In this document: piece after piece, positions 63,036 to 64,000 of the stretch | How the letters are laid out: every line of letters begins with the position of its first letter | How positions within the stretch are numbered: the first letter of the stretch is position 1 | Assembly (NCBI GenBank): GCA_013265495.1 | Contig: MU057930.1 | Location: 1,318,057 to 1,382,056 of the forward strand | DNA length: 64,000 nucleotides | Reading direction: 5' to 3' | Origin: Vicugna vicugna | Taxonomy: Eukaryota | The notes under the pieces: model-generated | Told to the model about the DNA's origin: nothing | What the model saw: only the letters and a program-made list of their open reading frames with translations | The model's database searches: none | Position numbers and translations under genes: made by a program

Positions 63036-64000
63036 TAGGTGAAGGTTTCAGGTGCTGCTGAGTAAGAACTTTATTGCTAACAACGACAACTCCATTTTCT
63101 GATAAACAGAGAAACTCGGGCCATTTCCAACATGGGTATGAGCATGTGCTCTTGGCAGGCAATATCGGAATTAGGCAAATGGTTTCACAATGGTGGAGAG
63201 ATGACTAATTTTCAGCCTAGGCAAGGAATGATGAGGCTTTGAACGGAAGTCAAAGAGGGAATGAGATACCCTTATGAGTGAGGCTTGTCACATTTAGCAA
63301 ATCATTGGGTAATTTGAGAAGCTAGTTTAAGAGGAAGCTGATGGCTGAAAATTTGTGTATGTTGATTTTGAGAAGCCGGTCCATGAGCTTAGTAAATAGG
63401 TCCAATGCGTAGAGCGGTCATGTGGTTTTGGAATAAAGAAGACCTGATATTCATGGAGCTCCTACAGGTTCTGACACCGTCAGGGTGAGGTGGTGTGGAG
63501 AGCCACCATCTTGGAGGTCCATACCAGGAGGAGTGGAGACGGGGTTGAGGAGGCAGCTAAGAGTGGAGGTGTGGGCGAAAAGTGAGGAGCAATGAGGGAC
63601 AGCACATATGTAAAAGGAGACACCCATATAATACACACATAAATACACACATATAAAAAGAATCAGGAGAGCCTAAGCTTGGGGTACCTGAAGACGGAGT
63701 TTCAATAGGAAAGGCACAGAAAATGGCCAATATTAGCAGAGAATGCATACCCTCTTCCAGAAATAATGTTCCCCACCCACTCCCATCTAAAATGTAAACT
63801 CAAGAAGAGAAAGGATTTGTTTCCACTGCTCATGGCGTATTCTACACTAATTTAATGCTCCTAGGAGGTACTTGATAAAATATCTGTTGATCAATGTACA
63901 GTCCACTTGGCTTGACAAATACGAGAATATTTTACGATCATTTATCGAACACCTCGTCACGCGTGGACATTGGTATGCCAACACAGCCTGGACAAGTCCC

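Overview
Mammalian genomic DNA, very probably camelid: it carries six tRNA-Ala-headed SINEs of the camelid Vic-1 type. The window is repeat-rich (L1, L2, MIR, MLT1/MER21-like elements and four ERV solo LTRs). Almost the whole window is occupied by one large, minus-strand, multi-exon gene remnant, which the ORF track misses because it is split by introns and broken by stops and frameshifts. By eye I traced about 35-40 GT-AG-bounded candidate exons from a CpG island at ~60.7-61.3 kb to exon 286-410; the gene continues off the left edge. Many neighbouring exons join in the correct phase. The reconstructed protein has an unusual architecture: two cyclic-nucleotide-binding domains, then REM - CDC25 (RasGEF) - unknown domain, a linker, and a second REM - CDC25 - unknown domain. 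It is an Epac/RAPGEF-like GEF with an internally duplicated catalytic module. It is a pseudogene in this genome: it has many in-frame stops and frameshifts, and two SINEs sit inside coding exons. Its promoter CpG island and most splice sites are still present. From memory the best candidate identity is an orthologue of mouse T2 (next to T/Brachyury), which is not verified. Domain calls are manual motif alignments, not HMM results; repeat boundaries are approximate unless a target-site duplication (TSD) is given.
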